In this document: piece by piece, positions 33,446-43,116 of the stretch
Layout of the letters: every line of letters begins with the position of its first letter
Position numbering within the stretch: position 1 is the first letter of the stretch
Assembly (NCBI GenBank): GCA_050916045.1
Contig: CP051526.1
Location: 544,001-608,000, forward strand
Source of the DNA: Tepidisphaera sp.
GTDB lineage: Bacteria > Planctomycetota > Phycisphaerae > Phycisphaerales > UBA1924
DNA length: 64,000 nucleotides
Direction of reading: 5' to 3'
The notes under the pieces: generated by a model
The model's input: the letters and a program-made list of their open reading frames with translations, nothing else
Databases searched by the model: none
Told to the model about the DNA's origin: nothing
Translations under genes and position numbers: made by a program

Positions 33446-34852
33446 TTAGCAACCGGTCTCGTACGCCTGGACGAAGGCGTCGTAGTCGAAGAAGTCCAGG
33501 AACTGGTCGGCGTTGAAGTCGGCGGGGCAGGACGGGCGCGGCTGGTTGGATTCGACGGCTCCGATGTCGATCACCGCACCGGGGCCCACGCCCGTGTCGA
33601 TGGCGGGATCGTCGGTGAAGCGCGTCCCGCCGGCGGCGTCGAGGGGTGTGCCGTAGGCGGCGAAGATCCTGCGGGCGGCGTTGCTTCCTGCGTCGATGCA
33701 GGGCGAGCCCGGCGCCGGGGTGTAGTCGTCATCGGGTCCGTAGATGCCGTCGGGGCCCGGGGCACCGATGAAGAGCGGGTTGGCAGAGATGTTCCCTGCG
33801 CCGGGGGACAGGCCGGGGGTGTTGCTGTGGGTCAAGCGCACGGTGGCGAAGGTGTGAGGAAAGATCGTCGAGTCGAGATTGTCGACGAAGATCGTGTTCG
33901 CGATGTCGACGAGGAACCTCGGCGAGGTCGATCCGCTTTCGGGACGAAGCCCGTTGCGATTGCCCGCGATGGTGCAGTTCTGCACAGCGATCTCGACCGT
34001 CGGGCTCAAGCCGCGGGCGACGATTCCGAAGAAGCACCCGGTCACGATCGTGTCGGAAACGACGCCGCGATTGACGACCGTGATGCCGTTCTGGGCACCG
34101 TGGACGATGCAGCTGCGGACAGTCGGTCCGTCCGTCAGAGAGATGAGGTTCGGGACCTGCTGCGAGCCGGGCAGGACCGTGAACCCCTCGAAGGTCATCC
34201 TTCGCTGCGAGCCGCCGTTCATCAGAACGCCCGGCAAGGTCAGGCGAATCGTCGTCGCTCGCGGTCCGTGCGTCGAGCGGACGACGAGGTTTTTGCTCCG
34301 GAAGTCCACCGATCCCGTGTACTCACCGGGTGCGACCTCGACGGTCTGCCCCTCGAAAGCCGCGTCGATCGCGGCTTGGATGGTCGCAAACTCTCCCGGC
34401 ACCCGGAGCGGCCCATCGCACTGGACCACCGCGCGAATCGAAGCCGCGACAGGAACGTCGTTCCAAAGACCCGTCGTGGTGATCATCGTGGCGTCCTCGT
34501 CGCCGATGTTGTTGGGTTCGCCCGCTCGCCAGTTGGTGAAGACGACGCGATCGCCGTTGACCCAGCGGTACACCCCTTCGGATTCCTCATCGTTGAGCCC
34601 GATGTAGCACGGTTCGGGGTTGCCGCCAGCGGCGACGACGTTGGTCGCGATCCAGCTGTTGAACGAAGCATCATGGATGCTGACAAGCTGCCCGCCCATT
34701 GCGGCGGCGGCGGCTCGGACCTCTGGCCAGGTGCCGGCGGCGATGCGGTAGTACCGAGGGCCGTCGATCTGTCGGACAACAGGGCCGACCTCGATCTGGG
34801 CGGAAGCAAGACAGGCAAAGCCGAGAGATGCGGCAAGGGCGAGGAGTTTCAT
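33446..34852 (-). CDS. Lectin-array paralogue 3
   Basis: Signal peptide; CYIGLND, WRAGEPNN...WND; tail CPADFNADQFLDFFDYDAFVQAYETGC. Confidence 0.88.
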   Translation of the reverse strand: MKLLALAASLGFACLASAQIEVGPVVRQIDGPRYYRIAAGTWPEVRAAAAAMGGQLVSIHDASFNSWIATNVVAAGGNPEPCYIGLNDEESEGVYRWVNGDRVVFTNWRAGEPNNIGDEDATMITTTGLWNDVPVAASIRAVVQCDGPLRVPGEFATIQAAIDAAFEGQTVEVAPGEYTGSVDFRSKNLVVRSTHGPRATTIRLTLPGVLMNGGSQRRMTFEGFTVLPGSQQVPNLISLTDGPTVRSCIVHGAQNGITVVNRGVVSDTIVTGCFFGIVARGLSPTVEIAVQNCTIAGNRNGLRPESGSTSPRFLVDIANTIFVDNLDSTIFPHTFATVRLTHSNTPGLSPGAGNISANPLFIGAPGPDGIYGPDDDYTPAPGSPCIDAGSNAARRIFAAYGTPLDAAGGTRFTDDPAIDTGVGPGAVIDIGAVESNQPRPSCPADFNADQFLDFFDYDAFVQAYETGC

Positions 34853-34885
34853 GGCGTTGCTCCGGTGAAAGGGTGGAAGGAGTGT

Positions 34886-36301
34886 TCAGCAGCCGGTCTC
34901 AAAGGCTTCCACGAAGGCGTCGTAGTCGAAGAAGTCGACGAAGCCGTCGCCGTTGAAGTCGATCGCGCAGACGGGAGCTTGCGGGTTGTGCTCGTAGGCT
35001 CCGAGATCGACGATGCCGGAGACGCCGGCGACGAAGTTGGCCTGTTCGGCGTCGAGGAATCGCTGCTGGCCCGCGGCGTCCAGGGGCAGGTTCACGCTTG
35101 CGGTGGGCCGGCGGGCCTGGACGTGTCCACGGTCGATGCACAGGGAGAGCGGCGAGAGTGAGTAGTCGTCTTCAAGGCCGTAGACGCCGTCGGCTCCCGG
35201 GGCGTTGAGGAACCCTGGAGAAGCGGAGAAGGTGCCGATGCCGGATTCGCGGCTGAACACCGAGTTGCAGTACTCGAGCGTGACTGTTGCGGCGGGGCTT
35301 CGCGAGACGCTCCCGGCCGTGGTGGCGATGATCGAGTTGCGGACGGAGGCGCGGTAGCGGCCCGGGGGGAACGGGTCGGGTGCCTGGATGCCGTGGCCCG
35401 AGCCCGCGATGGTGCAATTCTGGATCATGACGTCCGCGGGGCGGCCCCCAGCGATCACCGAGACCCCGAAGAAGCGGCCGAGGATGAGGCAGTCGGAGAT
35501 GGTCGCGTTGCCGCCCGCGACGATCGCCGTGTCGCCGCCGATGATCCGGCAGTTCCGCACCGTCTGGCCGCCGTTCACGTTCACAAGCTGCCTCGTGCTG
35601 GGCTCGGTCGCCGCGATGGTGAAGCCTTCAAGCACGGTCTCGGGTCCCTGACCGCCCGTCATGACCACACCGAAGAAGATGTCCGTGGAGAGAATCGTGG
35701 TGACTTCGGGCCCCTGCGTCGAGCGAACGACGAGCTTCTTGGAGCCGAAACTGAAGCCGCCCGAGTAGGTGCCAGGGAGCACCTCGATGATCTGACCGTC
35801 GATCGCGGCGTTGACGGCGGCCTGGATTGTCGGATACTCGAGCGGCACCACGATCGGACCCGAGACCTCGATGATCCCAGGGTAGGTGAGGTACGCCGGG
35901 ACGTCGTTCCACACGCCCGAGGCCGGTGACATGACGCCGCCGTCCTCGATGCCGCCGAAGTCGTTGGGTTCGCCAGGTGCCCAGTTCGTGTACGCGAGCG
36001 GATCACCCGACGACCAGACGAAGCTGCCTTCGGTCGCGATGTCGTTGATGCCGATCCAGCACTCGTTCGTGTTGCCGCCCGCCGCCGCGAGGTTGGCCCG
36101 GATCCACTCGTTCTGCTGCTGGCTATGGATGGTGACCAAGGAGCCGCGGAGGTTGGCCGCGATCGTTTCGGCCTGGAACCGCTGGACCCGGTCGGTGCGG
36201 TAGTAGCGTTTGCCGTCCGCGGTGTTCATGACCGGACCGAGGGCGATCTGGCCGAAAGCGAGCGAAGCGGGGATGATGGCGAGAAGGAAAGCGAGCTTCA
36301 T
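34886..36301 (-). CDS. Lectin-array paralogue 2
   Basis: Signal peptide; CWIGIND, WAPGEPND...WND; tail CAIDFNGDGFVDFFDYDAFVEAFETGC. Confidence 0.88.
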   Translation of the reverse strand: MKLAFLLAIIPASLAFGQIALGPVMNTADGKRYYRTDRVQRFQAETIAANLRGSLVTIHSQQQNEWIRANLAAAGGNTNECWIGINDIATEGSFVWSSGDPLAYTNWAPGEPNDFGGIEDGGVMSPASGVWNDVPAYLTYPGIIEVSGPIVVPLEYPTIQAAVNAAIDGQIIEVLPGTYSGGFSFGSKKLVVRSTQGPEVTTILSTDIFFGVVMTGGQGPETVLEGFTIAATEPSTRQLVNVNGGQTVRNCRIIGGDTAIVAGGNATISDCLILGRFFGVSVIAGGRPADVMIQNCTIAGSGHGIQAPDPFPPGRYRASVRNSIIATTAGSVSRSPAATVTLEYCNSVFSRESGIGTFSASPGFLNAPGADGVYGLEDDYSLSPLSLCIDRGHVQARRPTASVNLPLDAAGQQRFLDAEQANFVAGVSGIVDLGAYEHNPQAPVCAIDFNGDGFVDFFDYDAFVEAFETGC

Positions 36302-36331
36302 GGCGTGGCTCCGTCCGGTGATCGATGGTGG

Positions 36332-37777
36332 TTACTCGGTGCAGCCAAGCTCGAACGCTTCAACAAACGCGTCGTAGTCGAAGAAGTCGACGAAGGTGTC
36401 GCCGTTGAAGTCGACGGGGCAGGGGCGCTGGAGCGAGACATACTCGAAAGCCCCGCAGTCGGCGATCGGTCCCGGACCCGAGCCGGTGTTGGCCACCGTG
36501 GGATCCTCCGAGAATCTCGGCAACCCATACCCATCGACCTGGTTTCCGATCGTGAGCATCGGCGCACGCAGCGAGTTGTTCGAAGCGTCGATGCACGGGG
36601 AGCCCGCCAGCGGGGTGTAGTCGTCATTGAGCTCGTAGGTTCCGTTGTCGCCGGGAGCGCTCGAGAACTGCGGGTCCGCGAAGAGGTTCGGCCCGCTCGC
36701 AAGCGGACCCTCCCCGAAGATGTTGCTGAACGCGAAGATGTTCCCGCTCCCCCCTCTGTAGAGCGGTATGCCGTTGCTCGCGGTGACGGAGTTGATTAGT
36801 CGGAGGGTGACCGGGACCGGGTGGAAGAAGTTGTCCGCCGCGACGCCGACCGTGTTGCCCACGATGGTGCAGTTCTGGATCGTCGCGTTCGTGCTGAATC
36901 CTCCAGAAGTCCCGTAGACGCCCACGAAGCTCCCGACAATCAGAGAGTCGCTGAGAACGGTCTTGTCGCGGAGAACGACGGCGATGGCTCCCGGGTTCTG
37001 GAACCGGCAGTTGCGGATCACCTGGCCGTTGAGAGCGCTGAGCAGTTCCTGCGTCGCGCCCGCAACATGCGGAACAACGGTGAAACCTTCCAGGATCGTC
37101 TCGGGCCCCTGACCGCCCGTCATCAGAACGCCGGTCGCGCTCGCGGTCACCCTGATCGTCGTCGACATGGGGCCGGACTCGGACCGGATGTGGAGTTTCT
37201 TGGAGCCGAAGTCGACGTTCCCGACATAGGAGCCGAAAGCGACGAGGATCGTCTGGCCGTCCACTGCGGCGTCGATCGCGGCTTGAATCGTCCGGAACTC
37301 GGACGGAACGCGGATCGGCCCGGTGAATTCGACGACGGCGGGCCGGGGAATTCCGTCGGGAATGTCGTTCCACGTTCCGTCCGACGCCGACATGATGACC
37401 AGGTCTTCCGCGCCGCCCGCGTTGTTCGGCTCGCCAGCAAGCCAGTTCAAGTAGGTCGGCGCGTCGCCTCTGCTCCATCGGAACAAGCCTTCCTGCACGC
37501 GGTCGTTGATCCCGATGAAGCAGGGGACGGTGTTGCCGCCCGCAGCCACCACGTTCTGCCTGATCCACTCGTTGGTCGCGGCGTCATGGATCGTCGCCAG
37601 GTTGCCGCCGACGCTCCGGGCGGAGGAGTCCGCCGATTCCCAACTCCGCGGCGAGTACCGGTAATAGCGCGTACCAGTCTCGGGGTGGGTGATCGGCCCG
37701 ATCATCGGCTGAGCAATGCCCACGGAGCAGACGGCCAGGGCGATCGTGGGCGCAGCGATAGCACGGAGACGGAGCAT
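36332..37777 (-). CDS. Lectin-array paralogue 1
   Basis: MLRLRAIA start with AAAGGAAG RBS; WLAGEPNN...WND; tail CPVDFNGDTFVDFFDYDAFVEAFELGCTE. Confidence 0.88.
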   Translation of the reverse strand: MLRLRAIAAPTIALAVCSVGIAQPMIGPITHPETGTRYYRYSPRSWESADSSARSVGGNLATIHDAATNEWIRQNVVAAGGNTVPCFIGINDRVQEGLFRWSRGDAPTYLNWLAGEPNNAGGAEDLVIMSASDGTWNDIPDGIPRPAVVEFTGPIRVPSEFRTIQAAIDAAVDGQTILVAFGSYVGNVDFGSKKLHIRSESGPMSTTIRVTASATGVLMTGGQGPETILEGFTVVPHVAGATQELLSALNGQVIRNCRFQNPGAIAVVLRDKTVLSDSLIVGSFVGVYGTSGGFSTNATIQNCTIVGNTVGVAADNFFHPVPVTLRLINSVTASNGIPLYRGGSGNIFAFSNIFGEGPLASGPNLFADPQFSSAPGDNGTYELNDDYTPLAGSPCIDASNNSLRAPMLTIGNQVDGYGLPRFSEDPTVANTGSGPGPIADCGAFEYVSLQRPCPVDFNGDTFVDFFDYDAFVEAFELGCTE

Positions 37778-37842
37778 CGGTCTTCCTTTCTGAGAGCGGG
37801 GTTTCTGAGTTGGCTGTGGGCTTGAGGTCGGGCCCCGCCCTT

Positions 37843-37870
37843 CATGCGTCACCCGCGAGACGGGCTGCCA
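37843..37870 (-). promoter_or_regulatory. Shared bipartite motif, copy 3
   Basis: Minus strand TGGCAG-N15-ACGCATG, ending 66 nt upstream of ATG 37777. Confidence 0.55.
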
Positions 37871-37955
37871 CGAATTCCGCCGGAGTGGTAGTTCAGGCCG
37901 CCTTAATCCAAACAAAATAAGAACACAAGATTTTGGCTTCGGGGTGCGAAATGGC

Positions 37956-37985
37956 TTGACACGACCCGGCTGTTTCTTGTACTCT
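37956..37985 (+). promoter_or_regulatory. Sigma70-type promoter of the LacI/glucan locus
   Basis: TTGACA-N18-TACTCT with an AT-rich upstream tract. Confidence 0.55.
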
Positions 37986-38074
37986 GGAACAAGTCAGTAA
38001 CTGTCTCAGGAACGATACCGGCGTGTATCAGGCTCCCGAGGGCTCGGGTTTTCAGGCTCGGCGTTGAGGTGAAC

Positions 38075-39139
38075 ATGGCATCGGTACGCGGGATCGCAGC
38101 ACAGGTCGGGGTTTCAGTCGCGACTGTTTCACGGGCGCTGAACAACCATCCGCACGTGGATGCGGAGACCCGGCGGAAGGTCGTCGCGGCCGCCGGTCGG
38201 GCGGGCTATACCCCCGGGAACGCGGGGCGGCGGGTGTCGACGGCGATCGGCTTGGTCTATCCGGGCGAGGTGGTGCGGGCGGATTACGGCGGCTTCGACG
38301 CTTCGCTTCTGGCGGGCGTGCTGCGAGGTCTGAACGAGCACAAGTTGGACATCCAGATCGTTTCGGTCGGTCGCGACAAGGGCGCCGACGAGACGTTTGC
38401 CGAGTTCTTCGTCCGCAAGGGCCTCCGCGGGGTCATCCTGCGAAACTTCGAGGAAACCCGTTCGATGACGCGAGCGATCGCGGCGGAGGGGTTCCCGGCG
38501 GTGGTCGTTGCGGACCGTTTCGATGACGAATCTGTCAATTTCGTCTGGTGCGACTCGCGTTCGGACAGCCGTCGCGCGGTCCAGCACCTGATCGACCTCG
38601 GCCACCGTCGGATCGCTCTGGGCGTCCACCGCGTCCCGGATACGGACCACCATGAGCGTCGCGCCGGGTATCGCGAGGCGCTCAAGGAAGCCGGGATCGC
38701 CGAGGATCCGTCGATCATGGTCGACATCTGCGGCGATATGGAGGGTGGAGCCGCGTACATCTCGCGTCTTCTGAGCTTGCCTGTGCCGCCGACGGCGGTG
38801 TACTTCTCGGACCCTCTCGCGACCGTCGGCGCCCTGCGTCGCTGCTTGGAACTCGGCCTGAGCGTGCCGCGGGACCTCTCGATCATCGGGTTTGACGACA
38901 GCGACATCCGCAAGCACACCTTTCCGCAGTATTCCGCGGTGGTTCAGGACGCGGAAATGGTCGGTTTTGAAGCGGCTCGCTGGCTTTCGCGGCGTCTGGC
39001 TCATCCAGAGGATCCGCAGTGGCGAAACCTGCGGATGGAGCGGTCGACGTTTCTCGAAATCAACAAGACGACGGGCCGTCCGCCCGTGGAACCGGTCCGG
39101 GTGCTTCCGGACGGGACGCGTGTGGCGGTCAAGGTGTAA
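38075..39139 (+). CDS. LacI-family transcriptional regulator
   Basis: HTH IAAQVGVSVATVSRALN; HLIDLGHRRIA, ERRAGY, VPRDLSIIGFDD; GAGGTG RBS. Confidence 0.95.
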   Translation: MASVRGIAAQVGVSVATVSRALNNHPHVDAETRRKVVAAAGRAGYTPGNAGRRVSTAIGLVYPGEVVRADYGGFDASLLAGVLRGLNEHKLDIQIVSVGRDKGADETFAEFFVRKGLRGVILRNFEETRSMTRAIAAEGFPAVVVADRFDDESVNFVWCDSRSDSRRAVQHLIDLGHRRIALGVHRVPDTDHHERRAGYREALKEAGIAEDPSIMVDICGDMEGGAAYISRLLSLPVPPTAVYFSDPLATVGALRRCLELGLSVPRDLSIIGFDDSDIRKHTFPQYSAVVQDAEMVGFEAARWLSRRLAHPEDPQWRNLRMERSTFLEINKTTGRPPVEPVRVLPDGTRVAVKV

Positions 39140-39220
39140 GGGAAGTGGTCTTGGGTCGTGATTCGGAACAGTGAATGTGCCTCGGGTGTGTTTCCCTGCG
39201 GCGAAGAATCTGGAGTGCAC

Positions 39221-40144
39221 ATGGTTCTTGCAAAGTCGAGGTCTCGTTGGACGGGCTTCACGCTGATTGAACTTCTGGTGGTCATCGCGATCATCGCGCT
39301 GCTCATCGGCCTGCTTCTCCCCGCGCTGGGCAAAGCCCGCGATGCGGGTCGTCAGGCGGTGTGCCTTTCGAACGTGAAGCAGATGGGCATGGCGGCGACT
39401 CTGTACGCCGCGGACAACAAGGAACGCGTGTGGATCGCGAAGGTCGACTTCGTCAACGGCCAGCAGGTCTATCGCCCTGATCCCGGCCGCATGTCCGGCC
39501 CGACGGGCAACTACACGGCGTGGGCGCGGCTTCCCGATCCGGCGAACCCCGGCCGCGCGCTGCCGGGTCTCGCGTACCAGTATCTCGATCTTGCGGGCAA
39601 AGCTGGCGAGTGTCCGGCGAACAAGCGTCGCTCGGCGGACGGTCAGGATCGGAGCACCACGAGCCTGACGACCGAGATCGACTTTGACTACACGTTCATG
39701 AGCGTGATGGCCGGGGCCCGCCTGGGCACCGATACCAAGATGGCGTATCTGAAGGATCCGGCGCCGTTCTTCAGCGGGCTGCCGCCCCTGGGAATCACCC
39801 ACGACACCTCGCAGGATCGTCTTCAGATCCTGCAGTCGCCGGTGCTCTTCATCGAGGAGAACACCTGGCTCTTCAATTCGGACGTGCCCGACGGGCTCTT
39901 TGCTTCGTCGGACCAGATCTCGACGCGTCACTCCCAGACGGGCAATCTCGCTTATCTGGACGGCGGCGCGGGCGCGATCAAGCCCCCGCGGGCGGGCGAG
40001 GAGAAAACCGCGGAAGCGGGCGATCTGTACGCGAAGCACTTCTACGCGTGGACGAACCGCGAATGGCTCCGCGTGGAGGGGCCGAGCGAGGGCAATGGCA
40101 GGCCGTTCGGGTGGTTCAACAACCCCACTCGCGGGCCGTTCTGA
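39221..40144 (+). CDS. Prepilin-type N-terminal cleavage/methylation protein with H-X9-DG motif (DUF1559-like)
   Basis: [46 protein letters not shown]-terminal [12 protein letters not shown]. Confidence 0.92.
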   Translation: MVLAKSRSRWTGFTLIELLVVIAIIALLIGLLLPALGKARDAGRQAVCLSNVKQMGMAATLYAADNKERVWIAKVDFVNGQQVYRPDPGRMSGPTGNYTAWARLPDPANPGRALPGLAYQYLDLAGKAGECPANKRRSADGQDRSTTSLTTEIDFDYTFMSVMAGARLGTDTKMAYLKDPAPFFSGLPPLGITHDTSQDRLQILQSPVLFIEENTWLFNSDVPDGLFASSDQISTRHSQTGNLAYLDGGAGAIKPPRAGEEKTAEAGDLYAKHFYAWTNREWLRVEGPSEGNGRPFGWFNNPTRGPF

Positions 40145-40234
40145 TCGAGAGGGGTGGGCCAAATGTCGGGTGAAGTCGCGCGGCCTGATGTCCGGCCGTG
40201 CGTGAATTCGGAGTGAATGAAGGAGAATCATCAG

Positions 40235-41515
40235 ATGAAGAGGATCTTTGGAATCGCCCTTGCGGCGACGGGCCTTTTGGCCTCGACGGCGAGCGCTCAG
40301 AACGCGCTCTTGAACGGCGGGTTTGAAGAGAAGTGCACCCCGGCGGCGAGCTGGACGGCCTTCGGCAACGTCACGAACATCAACTTCTACACGACCTCCG
40401 GGGCGCGTTCGATCAAGATGTTCGGGCCCTTCAACGCCCCGCTCGGCTACAGCGGCATCTTCCAGGATCGCCCCGCGTCCCCCGGCCAGGTGTACACGGG
40501 CTCGGCGTTCGTCTTCAGCCCCTGCTGGGACCGCCTGCGGCCCGACGGCACGCGCGCCCTCGTCGATGTGAGCTTCATCGACGCCAACGGCAACGTGATC
40601 AACGACCCGCAGACGAACATCTCGCCGCGCGTCACCGAGTCGACCGCTCCGGGCGGCAACGCCGGGTGTGACCTCGGCTTCTCCGAGCCTCTGGCGGTTC
40701 AGCTGACGACGACCCCCGCGGTCGCGCCGGCCGGCACCGTGGCGGTCCGCATCCAGCTCCTCGTCGAGCAGGAAAACTACATCGGCGGCGCGGCGTGGTG
40801 GGATGACGCTTCGCTCGAGCTTTCGACCAACCCGGGCGTCAACGTGCTCGACAACTCGAGCTTTGAGCAGGCTCCGGCCAACTGCTTCGGCAGCAACTTC
40901 GTGGGCTGGGTCAACTTCGGCAACGGTTCGGACACCCCGGGTGTCAACGCCCGCACGGGCAACGAAGCCGCGAAGCTCTTCGGCGGGTTCAACGGCAACC
41001 CCGCGTTCAGCGGCTGGTTCCAGGACGTCGCGGCGACCCCGGGCAGCTCTTGGATCGCTCGCGGCTGGGGCCGTTCCTGGGTGAACGACTCCCTGCAGCC
41101 GGGCAACAACGTCTTCCTCCAGCTTGAGTTCTACGACGAGTTCGGCAACAACCTGATCGGCGGCGTCGGCCAGAGCGAATCGATCCCGACTCCCGGCGAT
41201 GACACCTACCGGTTCTACGAGACCGGCCTCGCGGTCGCTCCCCCCGATACGGCGAAGGTCCGCCTCGTCATCATCCAGGTCCAGAGCAACTTCGCGGGTG
41301 GCGCGACCTGGTGGGACGACATGGAACTGACCAACGGTTGCGCCGCGGACTTCAACGGCGACAACTTCCTGGACTTCTTCGATTACGATGATTACGTCAA
41401 CTGCTTCGAGACCGGCAACTGCCCCCCGGGCAAGACCGCCGACTTCAACGGTGACGCCTTCGTCGACTTCTTTGACTACGACGACTACGTCGAAGCTTTC
41501 GAGACCGGCTGCTGA
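40235..41515 (+). CDS. Secreted protein with two CBM4/9-like modules and two-repeat dockerin-like tail
   Basis: Signal peptide; two repeats L(L/D)NxxFE...W..FGN...K(M/L)FG.FN...APxxT..VR...GGAxWWDD; AAGGAG RBS; CBM assignment is by resemblance. Confidence 0.8.
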   Translation: MKRIFGIALAATGLLASTASAQNALLNGGFEEKCTPAASWTAFGNVTNINFYTTSGARSIKMFGPFNAPLGYSGIFQDRPASPGQVYTGSAFVFSPCWDRLRPDGTRALVDVSFIDANGNVINDPQTNISPRVTESTAPGGNAGCDLGFSEPLAVQLTTTPAVAPAGTVAVRIQLLVEQENYIGGAAWWDDASLELSTNPGVNVLDNSSFEQAPANCFGSNFVGWVNFGNGSDTPGVNARTGNEAAKLFGGFNGNPAFSGWFQDVAATPGSSWIARGWGRSWVNDSLQPGNNVFLQLEFYDEFGNNLIGGVGQSESIPTPGDDTYRFYETGLAVAPPDTAKVRLVIIQVQSNFAGGATWWDDMELTNGCAADFNGDNFLDFFDYDDYVNCFETGNCPPGKTADFNGDAFVDFFDYDDYVEAFETGC

Positions 41516-41554
41516 ACGCTTGAGCGGCACGCAGGCCGCTTGATGTCAACAACG

Positions 41555-41587
41555 GCGCCCCGGGGATTCGCGTCCCCGGGGCGCTTT
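41555..41587 (+). terminator. Intrinsic terminator/stabilising hairpin inside the glucan locus
   Basis: GCGCCCCGGGGA-ttcgcg-TCCCCGGGGCGC-TTT. Confidence 0.7.
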
Positions 41588-41631
41588 CGCGAAAGTCGCC
41601 GGGCCAAAAGCCCGGTTCAATGTGGAGCCGC

Positions 41632-43116
41632 ATGGATCGTCGGCAGCGTCAATCAGGAGCCTGGAGCGAAGCGCGTGGGACTTCGCGGGTTCGCTCGCGG
41701 GGTTCGGCGCTTGGTTCGCGGACCTTGGCGCTCATGGCCCTCCTCGCCTGCTCCACCCTCCTGATCGCGGCGCTGCGGGCGGGCGAAGCTTCGAGCGGCC
41801 GCACATTCTGGCTTTTCGCCGGCGCCCACCACCGCATGTACGTCCCGATCATGGAGTCATGGAACGCAAAGGCGGGTTCCGACGCTTCGATCGATCGGGT
41901 CGAGATGAAGCTCCTGAGCTACAACGCTCTTGAACGGCGGATGCTCTCTTCCTTCTACACCGGGACACCCTCGGCCGATCTGATCGAGGTCGAGCGGAAG
42001 ATCGCGGGCAACGCCTTCAAGGGTCCGCTTGAACGCGTGGGTTTCGTCGATCTGACCGATCGCCTCAAGCGGGAAGGCCTGCTCAACGAGATCAACGCTC
42101 CGAGCTTCGGCCCCTGGACCAGCCGCGGGCGGATCTTCGGGCTGCCCCACGACGTCCACCCCGTCATGCTCGGATACCGGGCCGACCTCGTCGAAGCCGC
42201 GGGCATCGATGTCTCGCAGATCGAGACGTGGGACGACTTCATCCGCCTGCTCAAGCCGCTCCAGAAAGACCTCGACGGTGACGGCACGCTGGACCGGTTC
42301 CTCATCAACATGTGGCCCAACAACGCCGACCACCTCGAGGTGCTCATCCTGCAAGCCTGCGGAGCGTTCTTCGATGATCAGGACCGCTGCGTCATCGCGA
42401 GCGACATCAACGCCGAGGTGCTGGCGACCGTTGCGTGGTGGTGCGTCGGGCCCGACCCGGTCGCGGCGGACGCGCCCAACTTCTCGCTGGCCGGCAATCA
42501 GAAGAAAGCCGACGGCTACGTCGTGTCGAGCCTCTTCCCCGATTGGATGTGCGACATCTGGCGGAACGAGATTCCGTCGCTTTCGGGCAAGCTCAAGATG
42601 ATGCCGATCCCGGCGTGGCGCAAGGGCGGCCTCCGCACCAGCGTCTGGGGCGGCACGATGATCGGCATTCCCCGGGCCGCGGTCGACGGACCCACCGGCG
42701 AGCAGGACTTTGAGCGACTCTGGGCTTTCGCCAAGCACCTGTACCTTTCCAAAGAGCTCGCCGGCGCCCTCTGGCGGAGCGGCAGCATCATCACCCCCGT
42801 CCGGGCCCACTGGTCCGATACGGTGTACGACGAGCCGCAAGCGTACTTCAGCGGGCAGGCGACCGGTCGCATGTACATCGAGCAGGCTCCCTTCATCCCC
42901 GCCCGCTCGAGCAGCCCGTACAACACGATCGCGATGCAGCGCACCCAGACCGCCCTCGAGGACCTCGCCAAGGAAGTCGCTCGCGACAAGACCATGTCCC
43001 GCGAAGCGGTACAGGCCCGTGCCAAGGAACTGCTCCAGATCGCGCAGCGGTACGTCGAGGGGCAGATCGAGCGGAACGTGTTCCTGTCCGAATCCGTCGC
43101 GGAGGCAAGCCGATGA
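41632..43116 (+). CDS. Sugar ABC transporter substrate-binding protein (start uncertain)
   Basis: GRIFGLPHDVHPVMLGYRADL, IETWDDF, SVWGGTMIGIP; overlaps the permease start (ATGA). Confidence 0.88.
   Translation: MDRRQRQSGAWSEARGTSRVRSRGSALGSRTLALMALLACSTLLIAALRAGEASSGRTFWLFAGAHHRMYVPIMESWNAKAGSDASIDRVEMKLLSYNALERRMLSSFYTGTPSADLIEVERKIAGNAFKGPLERVGFVDLTDRLKREGLLNEINAPSFGPWTSRGRIFGLPHDVHPVMLGYRADLVEAAGIDVSQIETWDDFIRLLKPLQKDLDGDGTLDRFLINMWPNNADHLEVLILQACGAFFDDQDRCVIASDINAEVLATVAWWCVGPDPVAADAPNFSLAGNQKKADGYVVSSLFPDWMCDIWRNEIPSLSGKLKMMPIPAWRKGGLRTSVWGGTMIGIPRAAVDGPTGEQDFERLWAFAKHLYLSKELAGALWRSGSIITPVRAHWSDTVYDEPQAYFSGQATGRMYIEQAPFIPARSSSPYNTIAMQRTQTALEDLAKEVARDKTMSREAVQARAKELLQIAQRYVEGQIERNVFLSESVAEASR

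Noticed and set aside
25753..37777. Recurring GTCGTAGTCGAAGAAGTC-like sequence about every 1.5 kb, as a possible CRISPR or mobile repeat
   Set aside because: It is the reverse complement of the DFFDYD codons in the dockerin-like tail; spacing is gene-sized and no cas genes are present.
27417..37777. Diversity-generating retroelement targeting C-type lectin folds
   Set aside because: No reverse transcriptase or Avd recognised, no non-coding template repeat, and differences between copies are not visibly adenine-specific.
37996..38008. AGTAACTGTCTCA as a LacI operator
   Set aside because: Position just downstream of the promoter is plausible, but it is a weak palindrome and no convincing second copy was found.
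38129..41530. Very long antisense ORFs (also 22310-24712, 43556-46258, 48593-50809, 60754-63474)
   Set aside because: Shadow frames of well-supported genes in high-GC DNA, without recognisable motifs.
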